A DNA stretch of 63,966 bases, filler included, from Acidimicrobiia bacterium (GCA_046759765.1; 5 parts of 5 records of this genome joined end to end with filler, not necessarily neighbours in it); one strand, 5' to 3'; counted from the first letter of the whole stretch, positions 9,779-20,300 are shown. Made by a program: numbers and translations. Notes: generated by a model not told the origin, from the letters alone.

Positions 9779-10180
9779 CTAGGCGACCTCGACCTTGACC
9801 TTCTTGGGCAGTACCTCAGCCGGCCGAGGAACACTCACTTCGAGAATCCCGTCCTTGAAGCTGGCTGCGATGTCGTCGATGTTCGTCGCCTCGGGGAGGC
9901 GGACGCTGCGGCGGAACGATCCCTCGAAGATCTCCTTCCGCAGATAGTTGTCCTCGCGCTCCTCGTGCTGGAACGAACGGTTACCCGAGACGGTCAGCAG
10001 TTCGCCCTCGACGGTGACGTCGATCGAGTCGGCGTCAAGGCCGGGAGCCTCTACCCGAACCACCCAGTTACCGTCCCGCTCCACCAGATCGAGACGGGGC
10101 AACCACGACGCGCGCGGCGTCGGCGCCTCGTACCACCGATCCATCAGGCGGAAGGGGTCGAAACGAACGAGTCTGGTCAT
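9779..10180 (-). CDS. Hsp20/alpha-crystallin small heat-shock protein
   Basis: EAPGL, GSFRRSVRLP, ASFKDGILEV motifs; AGGAGGAG RBS. Confidence 0.93.
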   Translation of the reverse strand: MTRLVRFDPFRLMDRWYEAPTPRASWLPRLDLVERDGNWVVRVEAPGLDADSIDVTVEGELLTVSGNRSFQHEEREDNYLRKEIFEGSFRRSVRLPEATNIDDIAASFKDGILEVSVPRPAEVLPKKVKVEVA

Positions 10181-10228
10181 TTCTCCTCCTTTGTGCGCCC
10201 ACTGGGGCGCTCAGTATCTGATTAACTC

Positions 10229-10261
10229 AACTCAATGAAATCTAAGCATATTCCACTCAGA
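10229..10261 (-). promoter_or_regulatory. hsp20 promoter: SigH/SigR-type elements plus HAIR-like site
   Basis: Minus strand GGAAT-N18-GTT (10254-10229); TCTAAGC-N7-ACTCAGA at 10241-10261. Confidence 0.65.
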
Positions 10262-10304
10262 TTTGTCAAGATGGTGGCAGCTCCTCCGTGCCTAAGGTTC
10301 CGGC

Positions 10305-11135
10305 GTGCTGGCCGCCACGGTTCTCGCGTTGGGCTCGGCGTTCCTTCACGCCGGGTGGAATCTCTTCGTCAAACAGAGTGCGGACCGGCTGATCGCCGCC
10401 TGGGGCACTTTGGCAGCGGGCGGGGTGGTCGGGGTCGTGGCTCTCGTAGCGCTTGGTCTGCCGCCGGCCGCCGCCGTCCCCTATCTCATTGCTTCGACGG
10501 CGCTCCACACGGGGTACGCCCTGGCTCTGGTCCGTGCCTATATGACTACCGACTTCTCCGTCGCCTATCCCGTGGCTCGCGGGATGGCACCTTTGCTGGC
10601 CGCCTTGGGGGGAGTCGTTCTGCTCGCCGACGGTATGACCCCGCTTGGGCTAGTAGGTGCCGGTTTGGTGACTGTCAGTCTCATCTGGATCGGACTCAGT
10701 GCTGGAGGTAACCAGGGAGTGCAGTGGGCTGTGCTTACGGGTCTTTTCATCACCAGCTACACGCTGGTGGATGCTGCCGGCGTCCGTTCCGGCGATGAGG
10801 CCGTTCGGTACGTGGCTGCACTGGTAGCTCTCTCCACTCTGCCGATGACAGTCATCGTCTTGGCGGCCAGACCGTGGACCCAGATCTCCCAACAGCTCCG
10901 GAGCGGAGGAGCACCTATGGCGGGAGCCGGTGTGATGGCGGTCGTCGCCTACGGGATGGTGCTTGCTGCCATTCGTCTGGCCCCTGTCGGCTACGTCGCC
11001 ACCCTGCGGGAGACGTCGGTGATCATCGGAGCTCTCGCCGGTTGGCTGTTCCTTGGTGAAGCGCTGGGCAAGAAGAGGGCGATGGCGGGTCTTGTTGTCG
11101 TCGGTGGCGTGGCTCTCCTCGCCCTCGGTGTGTGA
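10305..11135 (+). CDS. EamA/DMT-family transporter
   Basis: About 10 TM segments; SAFLHAGWN, AYPVARG, LRETSV motifs. Confidence 0.88.
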   Translation: MLAATVLALGSAFLHAGWNLFVKQSADRLIAAWGTLAAGGVVGVVALVALGLPPAAAVPYLIASTALHTGYALALVRAYMTTDFSVAYPVARGMAPLLAALGGVVLLADGMTPLGLVGAGLVTVSLIWIGLSAGGNQGVQWAVLTGLFITSYTLVDAAGVRSGDEAVRYVAALVALSTLPMTVIVLAARPWTQISQQLRSGGAPMAGAGVMAVVAYGMVLAAIRLAPVGYVATLRETSVIIGALAGWLFLGEALGKKRAMAGLVVVGGVALLALGV

Positions 11136-11141
11136 GAGGAA

Positions 11142-12500
11142 TCAGTGCTCGATAGAGGTAGTGGGCAACTCGAAACCTGCGATCGTTCCGCCGTCTGGCG
11201 CCGGTTCGACCCAGGCCCGGCCTCCGTGCTTGTCCACGACCTGACTTACGATTGCCAACCCCAGGCCCGAACCGGGCGTGCTGCGGGCCTCGGCGGATCG
11301 GTAGAACCGCTCGAACACATACGGTCGGTCCTCGTCCCGAATCCCGGGCCCATGGTCACGTACGGTCACTCGCCCGTCCCGGACGGCGACCTCAATCGGA
11401 CTCCCGTCCGGACTCCACTTGTCCGCGTTGTCGAGCAGGTTCCGCACCGCCCGATCGAGCATGCCGGGACGCCCCTCGACGGCGGTCGGCTCGGCGTCGA
11501 GGGTGATCTCGCGACCGGTACGCCGCTTTGCCTGATCGACGCTCTCCGCAACTAGATCATCGAGCCGTAAGCCGGGAATCAGGGCCTCGGTGGGCGCGAC
11601 ATCCGTAGCCAGCTGCACCAGCTCACCAACGAGCAGGGTGAGTTCGTCCAGCTCAACGCGGACATCGTTCAGTAGACGTTCACGCTCCTCCGGGTCCATT
11701 CCCTCGGTCCGGGCCAGGACCTCGAGGTTCGTCCGGAGACTGGTGATCGGAGTCCTCAACTCGTGCCCTGCATCGACCACGAGTTGCTGTTGCTGACGCT
11801 GCGAGGCTGCCAACGCTTCGAGCATGGTGTTGAAGCTCCTTGCCAGCCGCGCTAGTTCGTCGTTTCCTTCGACATCGATCGGCGAGCTGAGATCTCGGGT
11901 CTCGGCGACATGTTCGGCTGCCCCGGTCAGCTGACCTACGGGAACCAGAGCGCGGCCCGCCACTAGCCAGCCAACAAGGGCGCTGAGGGCCACGCCGATG
12001 CCGCCGATGAGTAGCAGCGCGTTGCGAAGGTCGGCGAGGATGGCATTGGTCTCTGCCAGGCTGCGAGCAATTTGCAGCAAGCCGAAGTTGGGGATAGCGG
12101 CGCTGACCATTCGGTGTTCTTGTCCCTGCACGACCACGTCTCTCAGGAAGGGAGCCAGACTCTCTTCCACTACCTGTAGGTCCACCTCGTCAATAGGGAG
12201 GGGGGGCGCACCCCGAAGAGCAAGTACCAACTGACCTCCGAGGTCGACGACCTGCACGATCGAGTCGGTTCCGATCAGCCCCGCAATCGGGAAATTGAAT
12301 CCCAATCGGAAAGGCCGGGGGACTTCCCGCAGCCCGGCTTGCGGAACGAGTTCTACGATCGCGGCCCGCGCCAGCAGGAACTCATCGATCTCAGATCGCA
12401 GCTCCCGCCGGGCAAAGAGGAAGGTGGCCACTGAGACGGCTGCCACCGCGACGGCCACCGCCCCCGCCACCAGAAGGGTCAGGCGCAGCCTGAGACTCAT
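11142..12500 (-). CDS. HAMP sensor histidine kinase (MprB-like)
   Basis: 2 TM, HAMP, H-box [26 protein letters not shown]. Confidence 0.92.
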   Translation of the reverse strand: MSLRLRLTLLVAGAVAVAVAAVSVATFLFARRELRSEIDEFLLARAAIVELVPQAGLREVPRPFRLGFNFPIAGLIGTDSIVQVVDLGGQLVLALRGAPPLPIDEVDLQVVEESLAPFLRDVVVQGQEHRMVSAAIPNFGLLQIARSLAETNAILADLRNALLLIGGIGVALSALVGWLVAGRALVPVGQLTGAAEHVAETRDLSSPIDVEGNDELARLARSFNTMLEALAASQRQQQQLVVDAGHELRTPITSLRTNLEVLARTEGMDPEERERLLNDVRVELDELTLLVGELVQLATDVAPTEALIPGLRLDDLVAESVDQAKRRTGREITLDAEPTAVEGRPGMLDRAVRNLLDNADKWSPDGSPIEVAVRDGRVTVRDHGPGIRDEDRPYVFERFYRSAEARSTPGSGLGLAIVSQVVDKHGGRAWVEPAPDGGTIAGFELPTTSIEH

Positions 12501-13186
12501 TCTTCCCGCACCACGTATCCCACTCCCCGCACCGTGTGTATCAAGCGGGGCTCACCCGCTTCCTCGGTTTTTCTCCGCAGGTATCCGACGTAGACATCGA
12601 GCGAATTGGAGCTCGTCTCGAAGTCATATCCCCAGATTCGTTCGTAGATCACCTCTCTCGTCAGGACGATGCCGGCGTTGGCCATCAGCAGCTCGAGGAG
12701 GTCGAACTCGGTCTTGGTCAGCCGGACTTTCCGGCCGGCGCGGAACACCTCCCGAGTGTCCGGGTCGAGTGAGAGATCGCCGACTCGCACCGCCGCACTC
12801 GGGGAAACGAGACTGGTCCTGCGTAGGAGAGCTCTGACGCGAGCCAGCAGCTCTTCGAGCGCGAACGGCTTGACCAAGTAGTCGTCGGCGCCGGCGTCGA
12901 GGCCTTCGACCCGGTCGGGTATCTCTTGTCGAGCGGTCAGAATGAGTATCGGCGTGTCGTCGCCGTTGGCCCGGATGCGGCGCGCGACCGCCAGCCCGTC
13001 GACGTGGGGCATCATGACGTCAAGGACGATCGCGTCCGGTGACTCCTCGGCTACCCGATCTAGAGCCTCGGCCCCGTCAACTGCGGTGACGGTCTCATAA
13101 CCCTCGAAGCGGAGAGCGCGATCGAGGGCATCTCGGACGCCGCGGTCGTCTTCGGCGATGAGGATGCGCGCCTTTGTATCTGACAC
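12497..13186 (-). CDS. OmpR-family response regulator (MprA-like)
   Basis: Receiver [16 protein letters not shown]; w[24 protein letters not shown]. Confidence 0.93.
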   Translation of the reverse strand: MSDTKARILIAEDDRGVRDALDRALRFEGYETVTAVDGAEALDRVAEESPDAIVLDVMMPHVDGLAVARRIRANGDDTPILILTARQEIPDRVEGLDAGADDYLVKPFALEELLARVRALLRRTSLVSPSAAVRVGDLSLDPDTREVFRAGRKVRLTKTEFDLLELLMANAGIVLTREVIYERIWGYDFETSSNSLDVYVGYLRRKTEEAGEPRLIHTVRGVGYVVREE

Positions 13187-13193
13187 TTCTGGC

Positions 13194-14393
13194 CTAAGCA
13201 GTACGAAGCGCTTCTGTTGGCGAGAGCCTCGCAGCTCTCAGAGCAGGGTAGAAGCCGGCCAGCACTCCAATAAGGACCGCCGCCGCCAGTCCGCCGAGGA
13301 CAGCAACTAGTGGGATGAGGGTGTCCCAGCCGCGCAGTTGCGAATAGATCGCGGTCACAGCTACACCGGTGAGAACCCCGCCAAATCCTCCGGTGAGAGC
13401 CAGTAGGAGCGCTTCTCCAAAGAACTGCGACGCCACGTGTTGCTTGGTTGCGCCTAGCGCGCGCCGTAGACCGATCTCCGGGCGCCGTTCCAGTACCGAG
13501 ATGACCATCACGTTGGCGATGCCCACTCCTCCGACGAGCAGCGCTACTGCTCCCAGCCCCAAGAACAGGCCCGTGAACGCGCTTTCGGCCGCCGCTCTCG
13601 CCTCGATCACGTCGGTCGGCCGGTCAACTTCGACCTCATCAGGGTTCTCAGGATTGACCGTGGCGGCCATAACCCCCATTACATCGTCGATGAAGTCCGG
13701 ATGCGCTCGCACGTAGATGATCGTCGGCACCAGTTCGGCGTCGAGGAAGTCGATCGCAGTCTGCACGCCAACAATGGCCGCTCGGTCAAGGGTGGTACTG
13801 AGGTCGATTGGCTCCAGGACGCCCGCTACACCGAACCACTCGCCGCCTAACCAAACGACAGGGTTGCCGTCGAGGTTCAGAATACCGAGTCTCTCCGCGG
13901 CCACCGAGCCGAGCACCACCGCCGGATAAGTTGCGGTTGCGTCAGAAAGGAAGCTTCCCGCGGCAACCTCGGCCTGCAGCGTTGCAAGGAGATCTAACTC
14001 AGCGGCTACCACTGTGATGCCTCCGGTCTGACCCGCCGGCACCATGTCGGTGCGGTAGACGTTGGTATTGACATCTACCACGGCGGAAACCTGATCGACT
14101 GGCCCGATCCGCTCGATCATCGCCGATGCCTCGGCCGGTAGCTCACCGCTCCCCAACCCGATGCCCGTTCCCGCCTGCACTTGCAGCAGGTTGGTCCCAA
14201 GCCGATCGAGCTGTTCTAGCAAGTCAGACTTGGACGACTCGGAGAGGCCGAGCACGGCCACGATGGACGCAACGCCGATCAAGATGCCGAGCGCCGAGAG
14301 GGCAGCCCGCGCTTTGCGAGTCCGCAGTCCAACGGTCGCTGTCCGGAGTACGTCCCGGGGGTGGAGCTTGCTCGGAGACAGGTCAGCGGCCAT
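13194..14393 (-). CDS. MacB/FtsX-type ABC transporter permease
   Basis: [26 protein letters not shown]; start taken at MAADLSP. Confidence 0.9.
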   Translation of the reverse strand: MAADLSPSKLHPRDVLRTATVGLRTRKARAALSALGILIGVASIVAVLGLSESSKSDLLEQLDRLGTNLLQVQAGTGIGLGSGELPAEASAMIERIGPVDQVSAVVDVNTNVYRTDMVPAGQTGGITVVAAELDLLATLQAEVAAGSFLSDATATYPAVVLGSVAAERLGILNLDGNPVVWLGGEWFGVAGVLEPIDLSTTLDRAAIVGVQTAIDFLDAELVPTIIYVRAHPDFIDDVMGVMAATVNPENPDEVEVDRPTDVIEARAAAESAFTGLFLGLGAVALLVGGVGIANVMVISVLERRPEIGLRRALGATKQHVASQFFGEALLLALTGGFGGVLTGVAVTAIYSQLRGWDTLIPLVAVLGGLAAAVLIGVLAGFYPALRAARLSPTEALRTA

Positions 14394-15120
14394 TGATCGT
14401 ATGGTCGTTAGCAACCCGGCCGTCGAACATCTCGATGCGACGGGGGAATCGTTCTGCGATGTCAGGATTGTGCGTGATCACGGCCATGGTGATTCCGCGA
14501 CGATGCAGCTCTTCAAGCAACTCGATGATGGCTTCGCTGCTCTTGCTGTCCAGGTTCCCGGTGGGCTCGTCAGCGAGGACGAGTTGAGGATCTCCGATGA
14601 TGGCTCGCGCGACCGCCACCCTCTGGCGCTCGCCTCCAGAAAGCTTGCTGGCGAGATGGTCGAGTCGATGGCCCAGTTCCACCCCTTCTAGGGTCTCGAC
14701 CGCCAGGCTCCTCCGGTCCTCTGCGGGCATGCCCGTATAGAGGAGACCGTCTGCCACGTTGTCGAGCGCGGAATAACCGTTGAGCAGGTGGAACTGCTGA
14801 AAGACGAAACCGATATTGCGTGAACGGACAGCCGACAGCTCCGCGTCGTCGAGTTTCGAAACGTTATAGCCTGCAACAAGGACAGAGCCAGAGGTCGGTA
14901 CGTCGAGAGTTCCGGCGATATGCAGCAGTGTTGACTTTCCCGATCCCGAGGGGCCCACCACTCCCACGAGTTCGCCTGAGGCTATTCGAAGAGTCACTCC
15001 CCGAAGGGCCCGCACGGGGGGAGTGCCGGGATACTCCTTATGCACGTCTTGAAGCTCCAGAACGGCTTTCGGAGAGGAGTCTTCGCTCGTCACAGGTTCG
15101 GTCATGGTGGCATGGGTCAC
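14383..15120 (-). CDS. ABC transporter ATP-binding protein (LolD/MacB-like)
   Basis: GPSGSGKS, LSGGERQRV, LADEPTGNLD. Confidence 0.94.
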   Translation of the reverse strand: MTHATMTEPVTSEDSSPKAVLELQDVHKEYPGTPPVRALRGVTLRIASGELVGVVGPSGSGKSTLLHIAGTLDVPTSGSVLVAGYNVSKLDDAELSAVRSRNIGFVFQQFHLLNGYSALDNVADGLLYTGMPAEDRRSLAVETLEGVELGHRLDHLASKLSGGERQRVAVARAIIGDPQLVLADEPTGNLDSKSSEAIIELLEELHRRGITMAVITHNPDIAERFPRRIEMFDGRVANDHTINGR

Positions 15121-15483
15121 GGGATCACCACTAAAACCCCCGGCGTGAGACCGGCGGAACTTATCTCCACCAGACCGTCGGCGAATAGCCCCGGCTCGAC
15201 GGCAGTGAGCCGGGTCGATCCGTCCGATTCCTTGACCTCGACCGCGTAGCCGCCTTCGGCAAGTGCAAGCAACGCGGTCACCGGAACCGCCAACACCCCG
15301 GAACGGGAGTCGGTGACGGCCTCGACGTCCACGGGCGCTTGGTCGAAGGTGAAGGCGGCCTCCGCGTCATCGATCGTGACCGTCACCTCAAAAGTCACTG
15401 CCCCGGACGAATCTCTGAGTGCGACGGAACTGATCGACTGAACCGATCCCGTTTCCTCCGATCCATTGGGAAGAACCACCACG
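15117..15483 (-). CDS. Efflux adaptor / peptidoglycan-binding protein, C-terminal fragment
   Basis: VLAVPVTALLALAEGGYAVEV..GLFADGLVEI; upstream of ABC genes; cut by the linker. Confidence 0.75.
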
Positions 15484-15583
15484 NNNNNNNNNNNNNNNNN
15501 NNNNNNNNNNNNNNNNNNNNNNNNNNNTTAATTAATTAANNNNNNNNNNNNNNNNNNNNNNNNNNNNNNNNNNNNNNNNNNNN
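15484..15583. other. Artificial contig linker
   Basis: 44 N + TTAATTAATTAA + 44 N. Confidence 0.97.
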
Positions 15584-15658
15584 AGCATGTGGTTCGCGTA
15601 CGACACCTCCGCCTACGCCAGCGTCCTCACGGTCGGCCCCTAACGTCGGATCGCAGCC

Positions 15659-16042
15659 CTAGCTCTGCGGCTTGTATGCCACGCAATCGATCTCGACCGA
15701 CGCTCCCAGCGCTAGCGCGGCACGACCAACTGTGATCCGGGCCGGAGGATCGTCGCCGAACAGGTCGAGGTAAGCCGCGTTCATCTCTGCGAACGCGTCT
15801 ATGTCCGCCAAGAAGACGTTGACCTTTACGACATCGGACAGCTCGGCTCCGCAAGCGGCGAGAATCCGCTCGATATTCCGAAGCGTCTGGGTGGTCTCCG
15901 CGCCCGTGCCGCCGGGGACCACCGCCATCGCTTCACCCTCCGATCCCAGGGTGCCGGCGACGAATATGAAGTCGCCTGCCACGCTGGCATGGCTGAAAGC
16001 CGGTAGACGGAGCAAGCCTTCGACGTTGACCCTGTGGACCAC
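15659..16042 (-). CDS. RidA/YjgF family protein
   Basis: VVKVNVFL, MNAAY, PPARITV, VEIDCVA; GTG start after GGAGGAG. Confidence 0.9.
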   Translation of the reverse strand: MVHRVNVEGLLRLPAFSHASVAGDFIFVAGTLGSEGEAMAVVPGGTGAETTQTLRNIERILAACGAELSDVVKVNVFLADIDAFAEMNAAYLDLFGDDPPARITVGRAALALGASVEIDCVAYKPQS

Positions 16043-16096
16043 CTCTCCTCCTTCCTCGGCTGGGCCGTACCGTACCGGCGGTAGCCTCCGGCGGCA

Positions 16097-16807
16097 GTGC
16101 CGGACGACCTTCCCCTCGGTGATCAAATCGAAAAGGGGCCAATGCTTGCGGTAGAAGCAGCCGTCCTGGAAGGGACGGACGTGCGACTGGTTCCGGCAGA
16201 TCCCAGCCATCGCGGGGATCTCTTCGCGGGGTCTCACGGGAGTCAAGAGGCCTCCGAGATCTGGACCTATATGAGCTACGGACCCTTCGCAGACCCCGAC
16301 GAGTTGGGAGATTGGCTGGCGGAGGTCAAGTACTCCCGCGACCCGCGGTACTTCACGGTTCTCGCACGACGATCGGGATCGGCTATTGGGATGGCCAGCT
16401 ACCTGAATGCTTCCTACGAGATGCAGCGGCTGGAGATCGGCCATATCTGGTATTCCCTCGCCGCCCAGCGGACCACGGCCAACACCGAGGCCGCCTACCT
16501 GCTGAGCCTCAACGCGTTCGAAGCGCTGGGAGCGCGGAGGCTCGAGTGGAAATGCGACGCTCTCAATCAGCGTTCGCGGACCGCGGCAGCGAGACTCGGC
16601 TTCCGCTTTGAAGGGGTGCTGCGAAACCACATGATCGTGAAGGGTCGCAGCCGCGACACCACCTACTTCGCGATGACGGATGAGGACTGGCGGGTGGCGA
16701 GACCAACGCTCGAGCGGTGGCTATATCAGACCGGCCGCGACTCGGCGGGGAAACCGCTCGCCGCCTTGTCGGAGATGATGCAGACCGCAGTCAAGCGCGG
16801 GGCTTAA
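16097..16807 (+). CDS. GNAT N-acetyltransferase (RimJ/RimL-like)
   Basis: LEIGHIWY, RRLEWKCDALNQRS, RLGFRFEG. Confidence 0.9.
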   Translation: MPDDLPLGDQIEKGPMLAVEAAVLEGTDVRLVPADPSHRGDLFAGSHGSQEASEIWTYMSYGPFADPDELGDWLAEVKYSRDPRYFTVLARRSGSAIGMASYLNASYEMQRLEIGHIWYSLAAQRTTANTEAAYLLSLNAFEALGARRLEWKCDALNQRSRTAAARLGFRFEGVLRNHMIVKGRSRDTTYFAMTDEDWRVARPTLERWLYQTGRDSAGKPLAALSEMMQTAVKRGA

Positions 16808-16949
16808 TAACGGCTCCGATCAGCCACAGGATGGGAAAGATGATCCCGAGCCCGAACATGACGTAGCGGCGTTTGCGAAACGTGACCAATCCCAGTGTCA
16901 CCAACAAGACCAGGTAGAGGGCCATGCTGAACCAGCCCCACGCAGGCAT
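16791..16949 (-). CDS. Small two-TM membrane protein (52 aa), absent from the ORF track
   Basis: MPAWGWFSMALYLVLLVTLGLVTFRKRRYVMFGLGIIFPILWLIGAVIKPRA; AGGGAG RBS. Confidence 0.7.
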   Translation of the reverse strand: MPAWGWFSMALYLVLLVTLGLVTFRKRRYVMFGLGIIFPILWLIGAVIKPRA

Positions 16950-16998
16950 CGAGACTCCCTTCGTTTGGCGGGCGAGTGTACTGAGGTCCTTCAGATCC

Positions 16999-18795
16999 CT
17001 ACGACGACATCAGCTCAGGCGAAAGACCAAGCTCCGTCGGACCGGCCTTCTCGATCACCTCAACGATCTCCTCGTCGACGAGCTCGTCTCGGTCGAGAAG
17101 CGCGTCGCGCAACGCTTCGATTACATGCCGGTTGCCCGACAGCAGCCTACGAACGTCTGCCTTCGCGTCGTTGAGCAACTGGTCGACCGACTCACGGGCC
17201 CGGCGATCGGCGAGCACCTGATGGGCGAGGTTCCCCCCGAAGGGCCCGCCGTCGAGAGAGCGAAACGAGATGAGTGACCCACCCAAGCCGAGCGATCCGA
17301 CCATCTCGACGGCAATACCGGTGGCGTTGGCGAGGTCGCCCCCAGGACCCGTGCTGGATTCCCCGAAGAAGATCTCCTCCGCCACCATTCCGCCCATAGC
17401 GATCTCGATTAGGGCCAGAAGCTCGGTCTCCTTCTGGGTGTGCCGCTCCTCCTGAAGCCTGTGAGCCAAGAATCCGAGAGCGGCGCGGCGCTTGATAATC
17501 GAGAGCATCTCGAGCTTCCTCCCCTTACCGACGAGGTAGGCCACCGTGGCGTGACCGGCTTCGTGAGTAGCGATCGTCTCGCGCTCGTGTTCGGGATAGT
17601 CGGTCGCCTCTGGGAGGCCGATTTCGATCTCAGTTCGCGCACGACGTACATCGGCCATCGTCAGCGCGTCGCGCCCGCCACGCAGCGCCAGCAGAAGAGC
17701 CTCATCGAACAGCCGCTCGAGAGCAGCCGGGCTGGAACCCAGCGTCATCGACGCCAGGTCGTCCCTCAGCTTCTCTTCGTCCAGCTCGGAATGATGAGCC
17801 TTGCGGTCCAGGAAGTAGTCGACCAGCTCGCGTCGGGCGGAGCGAGTCGGGAGACCGAAGTGAAGGATCCGGTCGAAGCGGCCCGGGCGAAGAAGCGCGG
17901 TATCGAGAGAAGAAGCCCGATTGGTCGCGCCAACCAACAGGATGTTGGCATAAGGGGGTCGCCGCAGCCGCAACTGATGCTCTGGCGCCAAATAGCGATT
18001 TAGCCATCCTTTAAACCATCCCGCCAGCCTTTCCCGGGTTGTCGGGTCGTCGAAGCTCTGCATCTGGATGAGCAGTTCATTGACGATGCCCCCGGTGTCC
18101 ATGGACCCAAAGGCGTCGAGGGTTCCGGCTTCGCCGGCGCCGGCGCGCTTGGTAGCAATCGCATCGATCTCCTCGATGAAACCAATCGCCCCGCCTTCGG
18201 TTCGGGCAGCCTTACGCAGTTTGCGGAAATAAGCGCGGATGCGTCTGGCGGTCATCCCGTACCACATACTCTGAAAGGCCGTTGACGAGACGAAGAGAAA
18301 CGGGACGTCGGCCTCCTTCGCCATGGCCTTCGCGATGTGTGTCTTGCCGGTGCCCGGAGGTCCTTCGAAGAGAACGCCCCGCCGTGGCTGTCCCCCCATC
18401 TCCTCACGGAATTTTCGATAGTCGAGGAGAACCTGAAGGGTGTGCTGCACCTCGGTCAGCACCTCGCCCATTCCCCTCACATCCGAGAAGGACACCTCGA
18501 TCTGTTCCGGCCGGTACTCGATATGAGGCGATCGAGCGTTGGCCAGCATTGGAATCACGATCACGGCGGCGAGGAGTGCGATGATCAACAGTCCCGGCAG
18601 CCAGAACATGGCATCCGAGGGCAGCGTGGGAAGGGCGGGTAGCAGCGGCCGACCAGTCAACGCTCGCCACCAGAGGAAGACCGCAACGATGCCTAAGAAG
18701 GTGGCCAGGCGGCGCAGACGTCGGCGCCGCTGGCGCTCGCGTGCGATAGCTGCTGTACCCAACCTGGCCCCCACGAAATGCGCTCGTGCCACCAC
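16999..18795 (-). CDS. FtsH-like AAA+ ATPase / M41 metalloprotease paralog
   Basis: 2 TM, GPPGTGKT, ATNR..LLRPGRFD, HEAGH; exact start uncertain. Confidence 0.85.
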   Translation of the reverse strand: MVARAHFVGARLGTAAIARERQRRRRLRRLATFLGIVAVFLWWRALTGRPLLPALPTLPSDAMFWLPGLLIIALLAAVIVIPMLANARSPHIEYRPEQIEVSFSDVRGMGEVLTEVQHTLQVLLDYRKFREEMGGQPRRGVLFEGPPGTGKTHIAKAMAKEADVPFLFVSSTAFQSMWYGMTARRIRAYFRKLRKAARTEGGAIGFIEEIDAIATKRAGAGEAGTLDAFGSMDTGGIVNELLIQMQSFDDPTTRERLAGWFKGWLNRYLAPEHQLRLRRPPYANILLVGATNRASSLDTALLRPGRFDRILHFGLPTRSARRELVDYFLDRKAHHSELDEEKLRDDLASMTLGSSPAALERLFDEALLLALRGGRDALTMADVRRARTEIEIGLPEATDYPEHERETIATHEAGHATVAYLVGKGRKLEMLSIIKRRAALGFLAHRLQEERHTQKETELLALIEIAMGGMVAEEIFFGESSTGPGGDLANATGIAVEMVGSLGLGGSLISFRSLDGGPFGGNLAHQVLADRRARESVDQLLNDAKADVRRLLSGNRHVIEALRDALLDRDELVDEEIVEVIEKAGPTELGLSPELMSS

Positions 18796-18832
18796 TCTAA
18801 GTGGTCACTAGGGAGTGAGCAATGACGAGCGT

Positions 18833-19288
18833 TTAGACGATCGGCTGGACTAGCACGGTCTTCCACCGCGAGACATCTGCCTCATCGGGAGGACCGATCA
18901 CGTACTCCTCCCACGAGGGGAATCTTCGGTGGAGGCCGGCTTCGTCGACCCGGCGGTTGAACAGATCCCAGGATGCGCTCAAGCCGTCATATTGACCGTA
19001 ATGGTCTTGCGTAACGGCCCGGCCTCCAGGCAGGGTTCCACTGATGACCGCTCCGCTTCCCTCGATCGGCTTACCAACGGGGACGGCCGCGGCCATGTCG
19101 AATCCGTCGTCAGTGACCGAGTAGTACACCCCTAGCGGTGGGCCGGTCGGCTCCAGGCCGGCGCCGCCCAGGAAGCTGAAGATCTGAGGCAGCGCCCGAT
19201 CGAAGAAGAGTCCGATCTCGTCGCGCTTCACGTTCTCCCGTACTCCTACGAATTCCTGTTCCTCGCGGTCCGTCTCGTGTAGCTGCAT
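18833..19288 (-). CDS. GyrI-like small-molecule-binding protein
   Basis: GTLPGG, HYGQYDGL, WEEYVIGP..WKTVL pattern; start at MQLHE. Confidence 0.8.
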   Translation of the reverse strand: MQLHETDREEQEFVGVRENVKRDEIGLFFDRALPQIFSFLGGAGLEPTGPPLGVYYSVTDDGFDMAAAVPVGKPIEGSGAVISGTLPGGRAVTQDHYGQYDGLSASWDLFNRRVDEAGLHRRFPSWEEYVIGPPDEADVSRWKTVLVQPIV

Positions 19289-19367
19289 GGGGCCATTCTC
19301 GCGGAGAGACCGGCGTGAGATTTCGGATCCTCGACGAAATGCTTGCGGGGTGCCATCGTGGCCGCCG

Positions 19368-20297
19368 ATGTCGGTTCTGGGTTGGGTCGGGCTGATGGTC
19401 GCCGGGTTGGCGGTTGCACTGTGGGCCAGCCGACGGACTGTCTTCCACGCCTCCGCCGTCGCGGCGGCCACCAAGATCCCACCGTTCATCGTCGGCGTAA
19501 CCCTGATCGCAGTGGGGACCGATCTTCCCGAAATTGCCAACTCGATCATCGCATCGGTGGCCGGCCATGGCGATCTGAATGTCGGCGCTTCGATCGGGTC
19601 TACGGTGACCCAGGCCACTTTGGTGCTGGGTTTGCTTCCTCTGTTGGCCGGGCCCTTCGTCGTCGGCCCGCGACGTGTCACCAGCGTCGGCGTGGTGACG
19701 GTCCTAGCTCTCCTGGGCGGGGCGGTGCTCTTCTCGGATGGGTACATATCACGGACGGACGCGGCAGTTCTCATCATCGCTTGGATTGCGGGGTTGGCTG
19801 TCGTATGGCGCCAGCTGCCACCGGGAGCCCAGCCGTCGCTGGCTGTTCCCACCCGGAACCGGAGGTATCACATTGTCGCCACGTTGATTGGTCTGGCCGG
19901 TGTCGGTATCGGGGCCGCGGCCGCCGTGCGGGGGTTTGTCGAGATCGCCGAGGTGCTGGCCGTGCCCGAGTATTTGCTGGCCTTCTTCGTCGCCTCGATT
20001 GGCACCTCCCTGCCGGAGCTCATCTTCGACCTCACCGCGCTCCGGCGTGGTGCCCGCGATCTGGCCGTGGGCGACCTAATGGGTTCCAGCTTGATCGACG
20101 CAACCCTGTCGGTGGGCATCGGACCGCTGATAGCCCCGACTGTCATCACGGCATCGCTCGCTGTGCGCGGCTCGATCGCGGCGGCCGGCGCAATCTTCTT
20201 GGTGGTTGTGATACTGAGCGTGAGGGCCCGCCACGATCGGTGGAGCGGCATCGCACTCCTTGGCATCTACCTGGCGTTCTACCTAGTGCTCCTCTGA
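19368..20297 (+). CDS. Sodium/calcium exchanger (CaCA) family protein
   Basis: Alpha repeats AVGTDLPE and SIGTSLPE; multiple TM. Confidence 0.87.
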   Translation: MSVLGWVGLMVAGLAVALWASRRTVFHASAVAAATKIPPFIVGVTLIAVGTDLPEIANSIIASVAGHGDLNVGASIGSTVTQATLVLGLLPLLAGPFVVGPRRVTSVGVVTVLALLGGAVLFSDGYISRTDAAVLIIAWIAGLAVVWRQLPPGAQPSLAVPTRNRRYHIVATLIGLAGVGIGAAAAVRGFVEIAEVLAVPEYLLAFFVASIGTSLPELIFDLTALRRGARDLAVGDLMGSSLIDATLSVGIGPLIAPTVITASLAVRGSIAAAGAIFLVVVILSVRARHDRWSGIALLGIYLAFYLVLL

Positions 20298-20300
20298 GCG

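Noticed and set aside
15528..15539. TTAATTAATTAA as a biological repeat or regulatory site
   Set aside because: Identical in all four N-flanked joins; it is a six-frame stop linker.
15584..15643. Possible gene tail SMWFAYDTSAYASVLTVGP*
   Set aside because: Too short to assign at a contig edge.
16043..16630. N-terminal extension making a 323-aa RidA fusion
   Set aside because: It is antisense to the GNAT gene, and a strong RBS precedes GTG 16042.
18833..19852. 339-aa ORF as a GyrI fusion
   Set aside because: The upstream part is the antisense shadow of the Na/Ca exchanger.
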